Source: Nanobdellati archaeon
Lineage (GTDB): Archaea; EX4484-52; GLR71
Assembly: GCA_019429005.1 (NCBI GenBank)
Contig: JAHYJR010000001.1
Span: 8,663 to 72,662 of the forward strand
Direction of reading: 5' to 3'
Length of the DNA: 64,000 bases
Shown: positions 62,293-64,000 of the stretch, one piece after another
Layout of the letters: every line of letters starts with the position of its first letter
Position numbering within the stretch: position 1 is the first letter of the stretch
Notes under the pieces: model-generated
Seen by the model: only the letters and a program-made list of their open reading frames with translations
Databases searched by the model: none
Told to the model about the DNA's origin: nothing
Program-made: the position numbers and the translations under genes

Positions 62293-62548
62293 TTTGTATT
62301 ACCTCTGACAATTGAGTTTTATCTGGTATCTGTGAACGCCAGGATATAATTTCAGAATCATCATCATCAACAACAATTGTTGTGGGTGTCCCCATAACAC
62401 CATAAAAAGTTGCTTCAGCCATACCATCAACATTGTTTATGTTATATTCTTTAACAGAAACTTCACTACCTGACATAACCAATCTAACTAAATCTTTTGC
62501 CGCTGGACAATTTGGACATTTGTCCTGCCAAAATATTTTTACTTCCAT
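62288..62548 (-). CDS. Thioredoxin/NrdH-like redoxin
   Basis: CPNC, GVMGTPT; between nrdD and nrdG. Confidence 0.88.
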   Translation of the reverse strand: MEVKIFWQDKCPNCPAAKDLVRLVMSGSEVSVKEYNINNVDGMAEATFYGVMGTPTTIVVDDDDSEIISWRSQIPDKTQLSEVIQN

Positions 62549-62693
62549 ACCATAACCACCAAATCATAAAATAAAATATAAGAAAACCTAAAAATATTTA
62601 GATTCATTATATATTAACATTTGCTATCCTATAATGTATACATCCCATTACACATACTAAAATATACATGTAAAAGATACAAAGATATAACAC

Positions 62694-64000
62694 TTATGAT
62701 AAATTATAAGACCTATAACGATCCCTTAATTCTGCAAGTTTGCCTTTATTCCAATTACTTGTGGTTGACAAATATCCAGTCACTCTTGTTATACCATCAA
62801 CATTTACAGAACTACAAGATTGACAACGGTCAATAAGACCGCGTACTACTTTATGACAACTCTTACAAAATGTAAACTCTGGCGAAAAAGCAATCTGTGT
62901 ATTTTGTGTATTTGTAAATGTCTTCTTTACAAAACTGCCAAGTGCAGAGGGATCTGGTCTTGAATCTCCAAGCCATACATGAGTCAGTGCACCTGCATCA
63001 ATAAGTGGATGAAACATACCTTCTTGTGTAACTCTCTTTATCGGGGACATAGGAACACCAACATTAAGATATGTTGAATTTGTATAATACATCTCAGACG
63101 TTGTAAAATCACCTTTCACAACTTTTGCAACTTCATTAGGATATCTTTCACGATCAAGATGTGCAAGACGATATGCAGTTGATTCGGCGGGTGTCTGCTC
63201 AAGAGCAAAATGAAGTCCTGTCTTTTCAGAAAGTTCACGCTGTTTCTTACCCATATGTACAATAACCTTAAGACCAAATTTAATAGCTTTATTAGATTCA
63301 TGCAATTCTTCACCAAGATGAAACTGTACAAGTTCATTAAGTCCAAGCATACCCATCAAAAAAGACGCCCTTTCAAATCTATAATAAGGTTCACCATCAA
63401 GATCCATTGTAAGAATTGGAAGCGAACCTGCCGAACCTTGTGCTAATATTTTACGTATAAATTCTTTTTTCTCTATATGTGCTTGAGCCGCAAGTTCTAA
63501 ACTCTCATCAATATATTCAAATAATTTACTATCATCGCCCTTTGCAGCATAAGCTGCTCTTGGAAGATTTATTGTTACATTTTGCATTGCAGAATATCTC
63601 ATTTTCCATGGCTGTTTAGCATCTAACAAATCATTCTCATTAAGCTTAAATTGTAATCTACAACATTCACTAATTTTTGCTTCGTCACCACGATCAAAAA
63701 TAAAATAAGTATTCCCCATTTTTGAACCCACTTCACACGCAAGATCCATCATTTCCTCATGACCTTCAGTTTTGAAAAATTTATCAGTCACATGGAAATC
63801 CGGTTTTGGAAAAAAGAAAGGTCTTCCATAATTATCCCCTTTAAGATAAACTTCAAAAGCAGCTTTCATAAATGCTTGAGATTCACCAAGATACTCAGAA
63901 TAATTATTACCTGTATATTTACCACCTGGACCTATTGCTGGAACATCGCTAAAATGCTTTGGTATCTCCCAATAATAATTTGTATCTGTAAATGTAACCT
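62694..64000 (-). CDS. nrdD: Class III anaerobic ribonucleotide reductase, 5' end outside window
   Basis: ECCRL, TINLPR, EQTPAEST, YTNS, CKSC/CQSC, RVTGY; frame open to window edge. Confidence 0.95.
   Translation of the reverse strand, partial: VTFTDTNYYWEIPKHFSDVPAIGPGGKYTGNNYSEYLGESQAFMKAAFEVYLKGDNYGRPFFFPKPDFHVTDKFFKTEGHEEMMDLACEVGSKMGNTYFIFDRGDEAKISECCRLQFKLNENDLLDAKQPWKMRYSAMQNVTINLPRAAYAAKGDDSKLFEYIDESLELAAQAHIEKKEFIRKILAQGSAGSLPILTMDLDGEPYYRFERASFLMGMLGLNELVQFHLGEELHESNKAIKFGLKVIVHMGKKQRELSEKTGLHFALEQTPAESTAYRLAHLDRERYPNEVAKVVKGDFTTSEMYYTNSTYLNVGVPMSPIKRVTQEGMFHPLIDAGALTHVWLGDSRPDPSALGSFVKKTFTNTQNTQIAFSPEFTFCKSCHKVVRGLIDRCQSCSSVNVDGITRVTGYLSTTSNWNKGKLAELRDRYRSYNLS

Overview
Very AT-rich archaeal chromosomal segment, most consistent with a DPANN-type archaeon (inference from gene content and small-genome style). 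Housekeeping genes include rps15, a DHH/RecJ-like protein, rps3Ae, the CCA-adding enzyme, EF-1beta, CarS, Pth2, TruD, NAC, a NOG1 GTPase, archaeosine TGT, pelota and a class III RNR cluster. It also holds a full A/V-type ATPase operon with a Na+-type c subunit, five tRNA genes (three with introns, two of the introns at non-canonical positions), decaying loci (proB, a NAD kinase-HTH fusion, a Tad/type IV pilus trio), three perfect intergenic tandem repeats and a family of related secreted/lipoprotein genes including a 1450-aa surface protein. No CRISPR array, integrase or transposase was seen. The most novel-looking signals are non-coding. One is a candidate sRNA (~49205-49320, minus strand) with its own BRE/TATA promoter and repeated anti-Shine-Dalgarno motifs complementary to the RBS of three genes in this window. 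The other is a candidate structured RNA plus small ORF inserted inside the ATPase operon. All calls come from reading the sequence and recalled family motifs; no searches were run.
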